NCBI GenBank assembly: GCA_964016885.1
Contig: OZ024744.1
Span: forward strand, 77,810,001 to 77,874,000
Direction of reading: 5' to 3'
DNA length: 64,000 nucleotides
From: Eledone cirrhosa
Lineage: Eukaryota
Positions 1 through 14,835 of this stretch are shown here, piece after piece; within the stretch, counting starts at the first letter, position 1, and the number at the start of each line of letters is the position of its first letter. Both the position numbers and the translations under genes were made by a program. The notes beneath the pieces are model-generated. The model was not told the origin of the DNA. It saw only the letters and a list, made by a program, of their open reading frames with translations, and did not search any database.

Positions 1-269
1 GTCTGGGGTGAGATATAGTCTGGTCTGAGATATAGACTGTAGTGAGATATAGTCTGGGGTGAGATATAGTCTGGGGTGAGATATAGTCTGGGGTGAGATA
101 TAGTCTGTGGTAAGATATAGTCTATGGTGAGATATAGTCTCTGGTGTGATATAGGCTGGCGTGAGATATAGTCTGTGGTGAGATATAATCTGTGGTGAGA
201 TATAGTCTTTGGTGAGATATAGTCTGTGGTGAGATATAATCTGTGGTGAGATATTATCTGTAGTGAGAT

Positions 270-1535
270 ATAGTCTGTAGTGAGATATAGTCTGGGGTGA
301 GATATAGTCTGGGGTTTGATATAGTTTGTGGTGAGATATACTCTCAGGTGAGATATAGTCTGACGTGAGATATAGTCTGTGGTGAGATATAGTCTGTGGT
401 AGATATAGTCTGTGGTGAGATATAGTCTGTAGTGAGATATAGTCTGTAGTGAGATATAGTCTGTGGTGAGATATAGTCTGGGGTGAGATATAGTCTGGGG
501 TGAGATATACTCTTAGGTGAGATATAGTCTGATGTGAGAGATAGTCTGTGGTGAAATAAAGTCTGTGGTGAGATATAGTCTTAGGTAAGATATAGTCTGT
601 GGTGAGATATAGTCTGTGGTGAGATATAGTCTGTGGTGAGATATAATCTGGGGTGATATATAATCTGGGGTCAGATATAGTCTGGGGTGAGATATAGTGT
701 GGGGTGAGATAGAGTCTGTAGTGAGATATAGTCTGGGGTGAGATATAGTCTGTGGTGAGATATAGTCTGTGGTGAGATATAGTCTGGGGTGAGATATACT
801 CTCAGGTGAGATATAGTCTGATGTGAGATATAGTCTGGGGTGAGATATAGTCTGTGGTGAGATATAGTCTGTTGTGAGAGATAGTCTGTGGTGAGATATA
901 GTCTGTGGTGAGATATTGTCTTTGGTGAGATATAGTCTGTGGTGAGATATAGTCTGTGGTGAGATATAGTCTGTAGTGAGTTATAATCTGTGGTGAGATA
1001 TAGTCTGTAGTGAGATATAGTCTGTAGTGAGATATAGTCTGGGGTGAGATATAGTCTGGGGTTTGATATAGTCTGAGGTGAGATATAGTCTGTAGTGAGA
1101 TATAGTCTGGGGTGTGATATAGTCTGGGGTTTGATATAGTTTGTGGTGAGATATATTCTCAGGTGAGATATAGTCTGATGTGAGATATAGTCTGTGGTGA
1201 GATATAGTCTGTGGTAGATATAGTCTGTGGTGAGATATAGTCTGTAGTGAGATATAGTCTGTAGTGAGATATAGTCTGTGGTGAGATATAGTCTGGGGTG
1301 AGATATAGTCTGGGGTGAGATATACTCTTAGGTGAGATATAGTCTGATGTGAGAGATAGTCTGTGGTGAAATAAAGTCTGTGGTGAGATATAGTCTTAGG
1401 TGAGATATAGTCTTAGGTCAGATATAGTCTGTGGTGAGATATAGTCTGTGGTGAGATATAATCTGGGGTGATATATAATCTGGGGTCAGATATAGTCTGG
1501 GGTGAGATATAGTGTGGGGTGAGATATAGTCTGTA
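270..1535. repeat. Duplicated block at 815-bp offset (~270-720 versus ~1085-1535)
   Basis: ggtagatatag (16-bp monomer) occurs at 398/1213, tcttaggtga at 511/1326 and gtgaaataaa at 551/1366. 815 = 48x17 - 1. Confidence 0.8.
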
Positions 1536-4500
1536 GTGAGATATAGTCTGTAGTGAGATATAGTCTGGGGTGAGATATAGTCTGGGGTGAGATATAGTCT
1601 GGGGTGAGATATAGTCTGTGGTAAGATATAGTCTATGCTGAGATATAGTCTATAGTGTGATATAGGCTGGAGTGAGATATAGTCTGTGGTTAGGTATAGT
1701 CTGTGGTGAGATATAGTCTATGGTGAGATATAGTCTCTAGTGAGATATAGTCTGTGGTGATATATAGTCTGTGGTGATATATAGTCTGTGGTAGGATATA
1801 GTCTATGGTGAGATATAGTCTGTTGTAAGATATAGTCTGTGGTGAGGTATAGTCTGTTGTGAGATATAGTGTGTGGTGAGATATAGCCTGGGGTTAGATA
1901 TAGTCTGTGGTGAGATATAGTCTGTTGTGAGATATAGCCTGTGGTGAGATATAGGTTATTGTGAGATATAGTCTGGTGTGAGATATAGTCTGTAGTGAGA
2001 TATAGGCTGTGGTGAGATATAATCTGTGGTGAGATATAGTCTGTGGTGAGATATAGTCTGTGGTGAGATATAGTCTGTGGTGAGATATAGTCTGCAGTGA
2101 GATATAGTCTGTAGTGAGATATAGTCTGGGGTGAGATATAGTCTGGGGTGAGATATTGTCTGTGGTGCGATATAGTCTGTGGTGAGATATAGTCTGTGGT
2201 GAGATATGGTCTGGGGTGAGATATAGTCTGTGGTAAGATATAGTCTGTGGTGAGATATATTCTGGGGTGAGATATACTCTCAGGTGAGATATAGTCTGAT
2301 GTGAGATATAGTCTGGGGTGAGATATAGTCTGTGGTGAGATATAGTCTGTTGTGAGAGATAGTCTGTGGTGAGATATAGTCTGTGGTGAGATATTGTCTT
2401 TGGTGAGATATAGTCTGTGGTGAGATATAGTCTGTGGTGAGATATAGTCTGTGGTGAGTTATAATCTGTGGTGAGATATAGTCTGTAGTGAGATATAGTC
2501 TGTAGTGAGATATAGTCTGGGGTGAGATATAGTCTAGGGTTTGATATAGTCTGTGGTGAGATATAGTCTGGGGTGAGATATAGTCTGAGGTGAGATATAG
2601 TCTATGGTGAAATATAGTCTGTGGTTATATATAGTCTGGGGTGAGATATAGTCTGTGGTGAGATATAGTGTGGGGTGAGATAGAGTCTGTAGTCAGATAT
2701 TGTCTGGGGTGAGATATAGTGTGTGGTGAGATATAGTCTGTAGTGAGATATAGTCTGTGGTGAGATATGGTCTGTGGTGAGATATAGTCTGTGGTGAGAT
2801 ATAGTCTGGGCTGCGATATAGTCTGTCGTGAGATATAGTGTGGGGTGAGATATAGTCTGTAGTCAGATATAGTCTGGGGTGGGATATAGTCTATCGTGAG
2901 ATATAGTCTGTAGGGAGATATAGTCTGTGGTGAGATATAGTCTGTAGTCAAATATAGTCTGGGGTGAGATATAGTCTGGGGTGAGATATAGTCTGTAGTG
3001 AGATATAGTCTGTGGTGAGATATAGTGTGGGGTGAGATATAGTCTGTACTCAGATATAGTCTGGGGTGAGATATAGTCTGGACTGAGATATAGGCTATAG
3101 TGAGATATAGTCTGGGGTGAGATATTGTCTGGGGTGAGATATAGTCTGTGGTGAGATATAGTCTGTGGTGAGATATAGTCTGTAATGAGATATAGTCTGT
3201 GGTGAGATATAGTCTGTGGTAAGATATAGTCTGTGGTGAGATATAGTCTGTGGTGAGATATAGTCTGTAGTGAGATATAGTCTGTGGTGAGATATAGTTT
3301 GTGGTGAGATATAGTCTGGGGTGAGATATAGTCTGTGGTGAGATATAGTGTGGGGTGAGATATAGTCTGTCGTCAGATATTGTCTGGGGTGTGATATAGT
3401 CTGGTCTGAGATATAGTCTGTAGTGAGATATAGTCTGGGGTGAGATATAGTCTGGGGTGAGATATAGTCTGGGGTGAGATATAGTCTGTGGTAAGATATA
3501 GTCTATGGTGTGATATAGGCTGGAGTGAGATATAGTCTGTGGTTAGATATAGTCTGCGGTGAGATGTAGTCTGTGGTGAAATATAGTCTATGGTGAGATA
3601 TAGTCTGTAGTGAGATATAGTCTGTGGTGAGATATAGTCTGTGGTGAGATATAATCTGTGGTAGGATATAGTCTATGGTGAGATATAGTCTGTTGTAAGA
3701 TATAGTCTGTGATGAGATATAGTCTGTTGTGAGATATAGTCTGTGGTGAGATATAGTCTGGGGTTAGATATAGTCTGTGGTGAGATATAGTCTGTTGTGA
3801 GATATAGCCTGTGGTGAGATATAGTCTATGGTGAGATATAGTCTGGTGTGAGATATAGACTGTAGTGAGATATAGGCTGTGGTGAGATATAATCTGTGGT
3901 GAGATATAGTCTGTGGTGAGATATAGTCTGTGGTGAGATATAGTCTGTGGTGAGATATAGTCTGTAGTGAGATATAGTCTGTAGAGAGATATAGTCTGGG
4001 GTGAGATATAGTCTGTGGTGAGATATAGTCTGTGGTGAGATATAGTCTGTGGTGAGATATAGTCTGGGGTGAGATATACTCTCAGGTGAGATATAGTCTG
4101 ATGTGAGATATAGTCTGGGGTGAGATATAGTCTGTGGTGAGATATAGTGTGGGGTGAGATAGAGTCTGTAGTCAGATATAGTCTGGGGTGAGATATAGTG
4201 TGTGGTGAGATATAGTCTGTAGTGAGATATAGTCTGTGGTGAGATATAGTCTGTGGTGAGATATAGTCTGGGGTGAGATATAGTCTGTCGTGAGATATAG
4301 TGTGGGGTGCGATAGAGTCTGTAGTCAGATATGGTCTGGGGTGAGATATAGCCTGTGGTCAGATATAGTCTGTGGTAAGATATATTCTGTGGTGAGATAT
4401 AGTCTGGGGTTAGATATAGTCTGTGGTGAGATATAGTGTGGGGTGAGATATAGTCTGTAGTCAGATAAAGTCTGGGGTGAGATATAGTCTGGGGTGAGAT

Positions 4501-5649
4501 ATAGTCTGGGGTGAGATATAGTCTGTGGTGAGATATAGTCTGTGGTGAGATATAGTCTGGGTTGAGATATAGTCTGTAATGAGATATAGTCTCTGGTGAG
4601 ATATAGTCTGTGGTAAGATATAGTCTGTGGTGAGATATAGTCTGTGGTGAAATATAGTCTGTAGTGAGATATAGTCTGTGGTGAGATATAGTCTGTGGTG
4701 AGATATAGTGTGGGGTGAGATATAGTGTGTAGTCAGATATAGTCTGGGGTGAGATATAGTCTGGTCTGAGATATAGTCTGTAGTGAGATATAGTCTGGGG
4801 TGAGATATAGTCTGGGGTGAGATATAGTCTGGGGTGAGATATAGTCTGTGGTAAGGTATAGTCTATGGTGAGATATAGTCTATGGTGTGATATAGGCTGG
4901 AGTGAGATATAATCTGTGGTAAGATATAGTCTGGGGTGAGATATAGTCTGTTGTGAAATATAGTCTATGGTGAGATATAGTCTGTAGTGAGATATAGTCT
5001 GTGGTGATATATAGTCTGTTGTAGGATATAGTCTATGGTGAGATATAGTCTGTTGTAAGATATAGTCTGTGGTGAGACATAGTCTGTTGTGAGATATAGT
5101 GTGTGGTGAGATATAGTCTGTCGTGAGATATAGTCTGTTGTGAGATATAGCCTGTGGTGAGATATAGTCTATGGTGAGATATAGTCTGGTGTGAGATATA
5201 GTCTGTAGTGAGATATAGGCTGTGGTGAGATATAATCTGTGGTGAGATATACTGTGTGGTGAGATATAGTCTGTGGTGAGATATAGTCTGTGGTGAGATA
5301 TAGTCTGTAGTGAGATATAGTCTGTAGTGAGATATAGTCTGGGGTGAGATATAGTCTGTGGTGAGATATAGTCTGTGGTGAGATATAGTCTGTGGTGAGA
5401 TATAGTCTGGGGTGAGATATACTCTCAGGTGAGATATAGTCTGATATGAGATATAGTCTGGGATGAGATATAGTCTGTGGTGAGATATAGTCTGTTGTGA
5501 GAGATAGTCTGTGGTGAGATATAGTCTGTGGTTAGATATAGGCTTTGGTGAGATATAGTCTGTGGTGAGATATAGTCTGTGGTGAGATATAGTCTGTGGT
5601 GATATATAATCTGTGGTGAGATATAGTCTGTAGTGAGATATAGTCTGTA

Positions 5650-8600
5650 GTGAGATATAGTCTGGGGTGAGATATAGTCTGGGGTTTGATATAGTCTGTG
5701 GTGAGATATAGTCTGGGGTGAGATATAGTCTGTGGTGAGATATAGTCTATGGTGTGATATAGTCTGTGGTTATATATAGTCTTGGGTGAGATATAGTCTG
5801 TGGTGAGATATAGTGTGGGGTGAGATAGAGTCTGTAGTCAGATATAGTCTGGGGTGAGATATAGTGTGTGGTGAGATATAGTCTGTAGTGAGATATAGTC
5901 TGTGGTGAGATATAGTCTGTGGTGAGATATAGTCCGGGGTGAGATATAGTCTGTCGTGAGATATAGTGTGGGGTGAGATATAGTCATTAGTCAGATATAG
6001 TCTGGGGTGGGATACAGTCTATCGTGAGATATAGTCTGTAGGGAGATATAGTCTGTGGTGAGATATAGTCTGTACTCAGATATAGTCTGGGGTGAGATAT
6101 AGTCTGGACTGAGATATAGGCTATAGTGAGATATAGTCTGGGGTGAGATATTGTCTGGGGTGAGATATAGTCTGGGGTGAGATATAGTCTGTGGTGAGAT
6201 ATAGTCTATGGTGAGATATATTCTGTAGTGTGATATAGTCTGTGGTGAGATATAGTCTGTGGTGAGATATAGTCTGGGGTGAGATATAGTCTGTAATGAG
6301 ATATAGTCTGTGGTGAGATATAGTCTGTGGTAGGATATAGTCTATGGTGAGATATAGTCTATTGTAAGATATAGTCTGTGGTGAGATATAGTCTGTTGTG
6401 AGATATAGTGTGTGGTCAGATATAGTCTGGTGTGAGATATAGTCTGGGGTGAGATATAGTCTGTAATGAGATATAGTCTGTGGTGAGATATAGTCTGTGG
6501 TGAGATATAGTCTGGGGTGAGATATACTCTCAGGTGAGATATAGTCTGATATGAGATAGAGTCTGGGATGAGATATAGTCTGTGGTGAGATATAGTCTGT
6601 TGTGAGAGATAGTCTGTGGTGAGATATAGTCTATGGTGTGATATAGTCTGTGGTTATATATAGTCTGGGGTGAGATATAGTCTGTGGTGAGATATAGTGT
6701 GGGGTGAGATAGAGTCTGTAGTCAGATATAGTCTGGGGTGAGATATAGTGTGTGGTGAGATATAGTCTGTAGTGAGATATAGTCTGTGGTGAGATATAGT
6801 CTGTGGTGAGATATAGTCTGGGGTGAGATATAGTCTGTCGTGAGATATAGTGTGGGGTGAGATATAGTCTGTAGTCAGATATAGTCTGGGGTGGGATACA
6901 GTCTATCGTGAGATATAGTCTGTAGGGAGATATAGTCTGTGGTGAGATATAGTCTGTACTCAGCTATAGTCTGGGGTGAGATATAGTCTGGACTGAGATA
7001 TAGTCTGTGGTGAGATATAGTCTATGATGAGATATAGTCTGTAGTGTTATATAGTCTGTGGTGAGATATAGTCTGTGGTGAGATATAGTCTGGGGTGAGA
7101 TATAGTCTGTAATGAGATATAGTCTGTGGTGAGATATAGTCTGTGCTAAGATATATTCTGTAGTGAGATATAGTCTGGGGTGAGATATAGTTTCTGGTGA
7201 GATATAGTCTGTGATGAGATATAGTCTGAGGTGAGATATAGTCTGTAGTCAGATATAGTCTGTGGTGAGATATAGTCTGTGGTAGGATATAGTCTATGGT
7301 GAGATATAGTCTATTGTAAGATATAGTCTGTTGTGAGATATAGTGTGTGGTCAGATATAGTCTGGTGTGAGATATAGTCTGGGGTGAGATATAGTCTGTG
7401 ATGAGATATAGTCTGTGGTGAGATATAGTCTGTTGTGAGATATAGTCTGTGGTAAGATATAGTCTGTGATGAGATATAGTCTGTAGTGAGATATAGTCTG
7501 GGGTGAGATATAATCTGTGGTGTGATATGGTCTATGGTCAGATATAGTCTGTGGTGAGATATAGGCTGTAGTGAGATATAGTCTGTAGTGAGATATAGTC
7601 TATGGTGAGATATAGTCTGTAGTGAGATATAGATTGGGCCAGATATAGTCTGTGGTGATATATAGTCTGTGGTGAGATATAGTCCGGGGTGAGATATAGT
7701 CTGGGGTGAGATATACTCTCAGGTGAGATATACTCTGATGTGAGATATAGTCTGGGGTGAGATATAGTCTGTGGTGAGATATAGTCTGTTGTGAGATATA
7801 GTCTGTGGTGAGATATAGTCTGTGGTTAGATGTAGTCTGTGGTGAGATATAGTCTGTGGTGAGATATAATCTGTGGTGAGATATAGTCTGTAGTGAGATA
7901 TAGTCTGTAGTGAGATATAGTCTGGGGTGAGATATAGTCTGGGGTTTGATATAGTATGTGGTGAGATATAGTCTGGGCTTAGATATAGTCTGTGGTGAGA
8001 TATAGTCTATGGTGAGATATAGTCTATGGTGATATATAGTCTGGGGTGAGATATAGTCTGTGGTGAGATATAGTGTGGGGTGAGATAGAGTCTGTAGTCA
8101 GATATGCTCTGGGGTGAGATATAGTGTGTGGTGGGATATAGTCTGTAGTGAGATATAGTCTGTGGTGAGATATAGTCTGGAGTGAGATATAGTCTGTGGT
8201 GAGAGATAGTCTGTAGTCATATATAGTCTGGTGTGGGATATAGTCTGGTGTGGGATATAGTCTATGGTGAGATATAGTCTGTAGTGAGATATAGTCTGGG
8301 GTGAGATATAGTCTGTGGTGAGAAATAGTCTGTAGTCAGATATAGTTTGGGGTGAGATATTTTCTGTGGTGAGATATAGTCTGTGGTAGGATATAGTCTG
8401 TTGTGAGATATAGTGTGTGGTCAGATATAGTCTGGTGTGAGATATAGTCTGGGGTGAGATATAGTCTGTAATGAGATATAGTCTGTGGTGAGATATAGTC
8501 TGTAGTCAAATATAGTCTGGGGTAAGATATAGTCTGGGGTGAGATATAGTCTGTAGTGAGATATAGTCTGCGGTGAGATATTGTCTGTGGTGTGATATAT

Positions 8601-11600
8601 TCTGGGGTGAGATATAGTGTGTGATGAGGTATAGTCTGTGGTGAGATATAGTCTGTAGTGTGATATAGTATGTGGTGAGATATAGTCTGTGGTGAGATAT
8701 AGTCTGGGGTGAGATATAGTCTGTAATGAGATATAGTCTGTGGTGAGATATAGTCTGTGGTAAGATATAGTCTGTGGAGAGATATAGTCTGTGGTGAGAT
8801 ATATTCTGTAGTGAGATATAGTCTGTGGTGAGATATAGTCTGTGACGAGATATAGTCTGTGGTAAGATATAGTCTGTGGAGAGATATAGTCTGTGGTGAG
8901 ATATATTCTGTAGTGAGATATAGTGTGGGGTGAGATATAGTCTGGGGTGAGATATAGTCTCTGGTGAGATATAGTCTGTGGTGAGATATAGTCTGTGGTA
9001 AGATATAGTCTGTGGAGAGATATAGTCTGTGGTGAGATATAGTCTGTAGTGAGATATAGTCTGTAGTGAGATATAGTCTGGGGTGAGATATAATCTCTGG
9101 TGAGATATAGTCTGTGATGAGATATAGTCTGTGGTGAGATATAGTATGTAGTGAGATATAGTATGTGGTGAGATATAGTCTGTGGTGAGATATAGTCTGT
9201 GGTGAGATATAGTCTGGGGTGAGATATAGTCTGGGGTTTGATATAGTTTGTGGTGAGATATAATCTGGGGTGAGATATAGTCTGTAGTGAGATATAGTCT
9301 ATGGAGAGATATAGTGTGTGCTGAGATATAGTCTGTTGTGAGATATAGTCTATGGTGAGATATAGTCTGGGGTGAAATATAGTCTGTGGTGAGATATAGT
9401 CTGGGGTGAGATATAGTCTGTAGTGAGATATAGTCTGTAGTGAGATATATTCTGTGGTAGGATATAGTCTGTGGTGAGATAGCGTCTGTGGTGAGATATA
9501 GTCTGTGATGAGATATAGGCTGTGGTGAGATATAGTCTGTCGTGAGATACATTCTATGGTGACATATAGTCTGTGCTGAGATATAATCTGGGGTGTTATA
9601 TAGTCTAGGGTCAGATATAGTCTGGGGTGAGATATAGTCTGTGGTGAGATATAGTCTGTGGTGAGATATAGTCTGGGGTGAGATATAGTCTGTGGTGAGA
9701 TATAGTGTGGGGTGAGATAGAGTCTGTAGTCAAATATAGTCTGGGGTGAGATATAGTCTGTGGTGAGATATAGTCTGTGGTGAGATATAGTCTGGGCTGC
9801 GCTATATTCTGTCGTGAGATATAGTGTGGGGTGAGATATAGTCTGTAGCCAGATATAGTCTGGGGTGGGATATAGTCTATCGTGAGATATAGTCTGTAGG
9901 GGGATATAGTCTATGGTGAGATATAGTCTGTAGTCAAATATAGTCTGGGTGAGATATAGTCTGGGGTGAGATATAGTCTGTAGTGAGATATAGTCTGTGG
10001 TGAGATATAGTGTGGGGTGAGATATAGTCTGTACTCAGATATAGTCTGGGGTGAGATATAGTCTGGACTGAGATATAGGCTATAGTGAGATATAGTCTGG
10101 GGTGAGGTAATGTCTGGGGTGAGATATAGTCTGTCGTGAGATATAGTCTGTGGTGAGATATAGTCTGTAATGAGATATAGTTTGTGGTGAGATATAGTCT
10201 GTGGTAAGATATAGTCTGTGGTGAGATATAGTCTGTGGTGAGATATAGTCTGGGGTGAGATATAGTCTGGGGTTTGATATAGTCTGTGGTGAGATATAGT
10301 CTGGGGTGAGATATAGTCTGTGGTGAGATATAGTCTATGGTGTGATATAGTCTGTGGTTATATATAGTCTTGGGTGAGATATAGTCTGTGGTGAGATATA
10401 GTGTGGGGTGAGATAGAGTCTGTAGTCAGATATAGTCTGGGGTGAGATATAGTGTGTGGTGAGATATAGTCTGTAGTGAGATATAGTCTGTGGTGAGATA
10501 TAGTCTGTGGTGAGATATAGTCCGGGGTGAGATATAGTCTGTCGTGAGATATAGTGTGGGGTGAGATATAGTCATTAGTCAGATATAGTCTGGGGTGGGA
10601 TACAGTCTATCGTGAGATATAGTCTGTAGGGAGATATAGTCTGTGGTGAAATATAGTCTGTACTCAGATATAGTCTGGGGTGAGATATAGTCTGGACTGA
10701 GATATAGGCTATAGTGAGATATAGTCTGGGGTGAGATATTGTCTGGGGTGAGATATAGTCTGGGGTGAGATATAGTCTGTGGTGAGATATAGCCTATGGT
10801 GAGATATATTCTGTAGTGTGATATAGTCTGTGGTGAGATATAGTCTGTGGTGAGATATAGTCTGGGGTGAGATATAGTCTGTAATGAGATATAGTCTGTG
10901 GTGAGATATAGTCTGTGGTAGGATATAGTCTATGGTGAGATATAGTCTATTGTAAGATATAGTCTGTGGTGAGATATAGTCTGTTGTGAGATATAGTGTG
11001 TGGTCAGATATAGTCTGGTGTGAGATATAGTCTGGGGTGAGATATAGTCTGTAATGATATATAGTCTGTGGTGAGATATAGTCTGTGGTGAGATATAGTC
11101 TGGGGTGAGATATACTCTCAGGTGAGATATAGTCTGATATGAGATAGAGTCTGGGATGAGATATAGTCTGTGGTGAGATATAGTCTGTTGTGAGAGATAG
11201 TCTGTGGTGAGATATAGTCTATGGTGTGATATAGTCTGTGGTTATATATAGTCTGGGGTGAGATATAGTCTGTGGTGAGATATAGTGTGGGGTGAGATAG
11301 AGTCTGTAGTCAGATATAGTCTGGGGTGAGATATATTGTGTGGTGAGATATAGTCTGTAGTGAGATATAGTCTGTGGTGAGATATAGTCTGTGGTGAGAT
11401 ATAGTCTGGGGTGAGATATAGTCTGTCGTGAGATATAGTGTGGGGTGAGATATAGTCTGTAGTCAGATATAGTCTGGGGTGGGATACAGTCTATCGTGAG
11501 ATATAGTCTGTAGGGAGATATAGTCTGTGGTGAGATATAGTCTGTACTCAGCTATAGTCTGGGGTGAGATATAGTCTGGACTGAGATATAGTCTGTGGTG

Positions 11601-14600
11601 AGATATAGTCTATGATGAGATATAGTCTGTAGTGTTATATAGTCTGTGGTGAGATATAGTCTGTGGTGAGATATAGTCTGGGGTGAGATATAGTCTGTAA
11701 TGAGATATAGTCTGTGGTGAGATATAGTCTGTGCTAAGATATATTCTGTAGTGAGATATAGTCTGGGGTGAGATATAGTTTCTGGTGAGATATAGTCTGT
11801 GATGAGATATAGTCTGAGGTGAGATATAGTCTGTAGTCAGATATAGTCTGTGGTGAGATATAGTCTGTGGTAGGATATAGTCTATGGTGAGATATAGTCT
11901 ATTGTAAGATATAGTCTGTTGTGAGATATAGTGTGTGGTCAGATATAGTCTGGTGTGAGATATAGTCTGGGGTGAGATATAGTCTGTGATGAGATATAGT
12001 CTGTGGTGAGATATAGTCTGTTGTGAGATATAGTCTGTGGTAAGATATAGTCTGTGATGAGATATAGTCTGTAGTGAGATATAGTCTGGGGTGAGATATA
12101 ATCTGTGGTGTGATATGGTCTATGGTCAGATATAGTCTGTGGTGAGATATAGGCTGTAGTGAGATATAGTCTGTAGTGAGATATAGTCTATGGTGAGATA
12201 TAGTCTGTAGTGAGATATAGATTGGGCCAGATATAGTCTGTGGTGATATATAGTCTGTGGTGAGATATAGTCCGGGGTGAGATATAGTCTGGGGTGAGAT
12301 ATACTCTCAGGTGAGATATACTCTGATGTGAGATATAGTCTGGGGTGAGATATAGTCTGTGGTGAGATATAGTCTGTTGTGAGATATAGTCTGTGGTGAG
12401 ATATAGTCTGTGGTTAGATGTAGTCTGTGGTGAGATATAGTCTGTGGTGAGATATAATCTGTGGTGAGATATAGTCTGTAGTGAGATATAGTCTGTAGTG
12501 AGATATAGTCTGGGGTGAGATATAGTCTGGGGTTCGATATAGTATGTGGTGAGATATAGTCTGGGCTTAGATATAGTCTGTGGTGAGATATAGTCTATGG
12601 TGAGATATAGTCTATGGTGATATATAGTCTGGGGTGAGATATAGTCTGTGGTGAGATATAGTGTGGGGTGAGATAGAGTCTGTAGTCAGATATGCTCTGG
12701 GGTGAGATATAGTGTGTGGTGGGATATAGTCTGTAGTGAGATATAGTCTGTGGTGAGATATAGTCTGGAGTGAGATATAGTCTGTGGTGAGAGATAGTCT
12801 GTAGTCATATATAGTCTGGTGTGGGATATAGTCTGGTGTGGGATATAGTCTATGGTGAGATATAGTCTGTAGTGAGATATAGTCTGGGGTGAGATATAGT
12901 CTGTGGTGAGAAATAGTCTGTAGTCAGATATAGTTTGGGGTGAGATATTTTCTGTGGTGAGATATAGTCTGTGGTAGGATATAGTCTGTTGTGAGATATA
13001 GTGTGTGGTCAGATATAGTCTGGTGTGAGATATAGTCTGGGGTGAGATATAGTCTGTAATGAGATATAGTCTGTGGTGAGATATAGTCTGTAGTCAAATA
13101 TAGTCTGGGGTAAGATATAGTCTGGGGTGAGATATAGTCTGTAGTGAGATATAGTCTGCGGTGAGATATTGTCTGTGGTGTGATATATTCTGGGGTGAGA
13201 TATAGTGTGTGATGAGGTATAGTCTGTGGTGAGATATAGTCTGTAGTGTGATATAGTATGTGGTGAGATATAGTCTGTGGTGAGATATAGTCTGGGGTGA
13301 GATATAGTCTGTAATGAGATATAGTCTGTGGTGAGATATAGTCTGTGGTAAGATATAGTCTGTGGAGAGATATAGTCTGTGGTGAGATATATTCTGTAGT
13401 GAAATATAGTCTGTGGTGAGATATAGTCTGTGACGAGATATAGTCTGTGGTAAGATATAGTCTGTGGAGAGATATAGTCTGTGGTGAGATATATTCTGTA
13501 GTGAGATATAGTGTGGGGTGAGATATAGTCTGGGGTGAGATATAGTCTCTGGTGAGATATAGTCTGTGGTGAGATATAGTCTGTGGTAAGATATAGTCTG
13601 TGGAGAGATATAGTCTGTGGTGAGATATAGTCTGTAGTGAGATATAGTCTGTAGTGAGATATAGTCTGGGGTGAGATATAATGTCTGGTGAGATATAGTC
13701 TGTGATGAGATATAGTCTGTGGTGAGATATAGTATGTAGTGAGATATAGTATGTGGTGAGATATAGTCTGTGGTGAGATATAGTCTGTGGTGAGATATAG
13801 TCTGGGGTGAGATATAGTCTGGGGTTTGATATAGTTTGTGGTGAGATATAATCTGGGGTGAGATATAGTCTGTAGTGAGATATAGTCTATGGAGAGATAT
13901 AGTGTGTGCTGAGATATAGTCTGTTGTGAGATATAGTCTATGGTGAGATATAGTCTGGGGTGAAATATAGTCTGTGGTGAGATATAGTCTGGGGTGAGAT
14001 ATAGTCTGTAGTGAGATATAGTCTGTAGTGAGATATATTCTGTGGTAGGATATAGTCTGTGGTGAGATAGCGTCTGTGGTGAGATATAGTCTGTGGTGAG
14101 ATATAGGCTGTGGTGAGATATAGTCTGTCGTGAGATACATTCTATGGTGACATATAGTCTGTGCTGAGATATAATCTGGGGTGTTATATAGTCTAGGGTC
14201 AGATATAGTCTGGGGTGAGATATAGTCTGTGGTGAGATATAGTCTGTGGTGAGATATAGTCTGGGGTGAGATATAGTCTGTGGTGAGATATAGTGTGGGG
14301 TGAGATAGAGTCTGTAGTCAAATATAGTCTGGGGTGAGATATAGTCTGTGGTGAGATATAGTCTGTGGTGAGATATAGTCTGGGCTGCGCTATATTCTGT
14401 CGTGAGATATAGTGTGGGGTGAGATATAGTCTGTAGCCAGATATAGTCTGGGGTGGGATATAGTCTATCGTGAGATATAGTCTGTAGGGGGATATAGTCT
14501 ATGGTGAGATATAGTCTGTAGTCAAATATAGTCTGGGTGAGATATAGTCTGGGGTGAGATATAGTCTGTAGTGAGATATAGTCTGTGGTGAGATATAGTG

Positions 14601-14835
14601 TGGGGTGAGATATAGTCTGTACTCAGATATAGTCTGGGGTGAGATATAGTCTGGACTGAGATATAGGCTATAGTGAGATATAGTCTGGGGTGAGGTAATG
14701 TCTGGGGTGAGATATAGTCTGTCGTGAGATATAGTCTGTGGTGAGATATAGTCTGTAATGAGATATAGTTTGTGGTGAGATATAGTCTGTGGTAAGATAT
14801 AGTCTGTGGTGAGATATAGTCTGTGGTGAGATATA
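5650..14835. repeat. 4,588-bp (270-monomer) tandem duplication, copies at ~5650-10240 and ~10240-14835
   Basis: cttggg occurs at 5781/10369 and the 348-aa ORFs at 8506/13094. 4588 = 270x17 - 2, which matches two visible 16-bp monomers (gattgggcc ~7632, ctgggtgag ~9945). Confidence 0.9.

Noticed and set aside
645-1520. G-quadruplex potential from four consecutive GGGG monomers (~650-706 and ~1465-1519)
   Set aside because: The loops would be 13 nt, and such runs are expected given how common the GGGG variant is. There is no evidence of enrichment.
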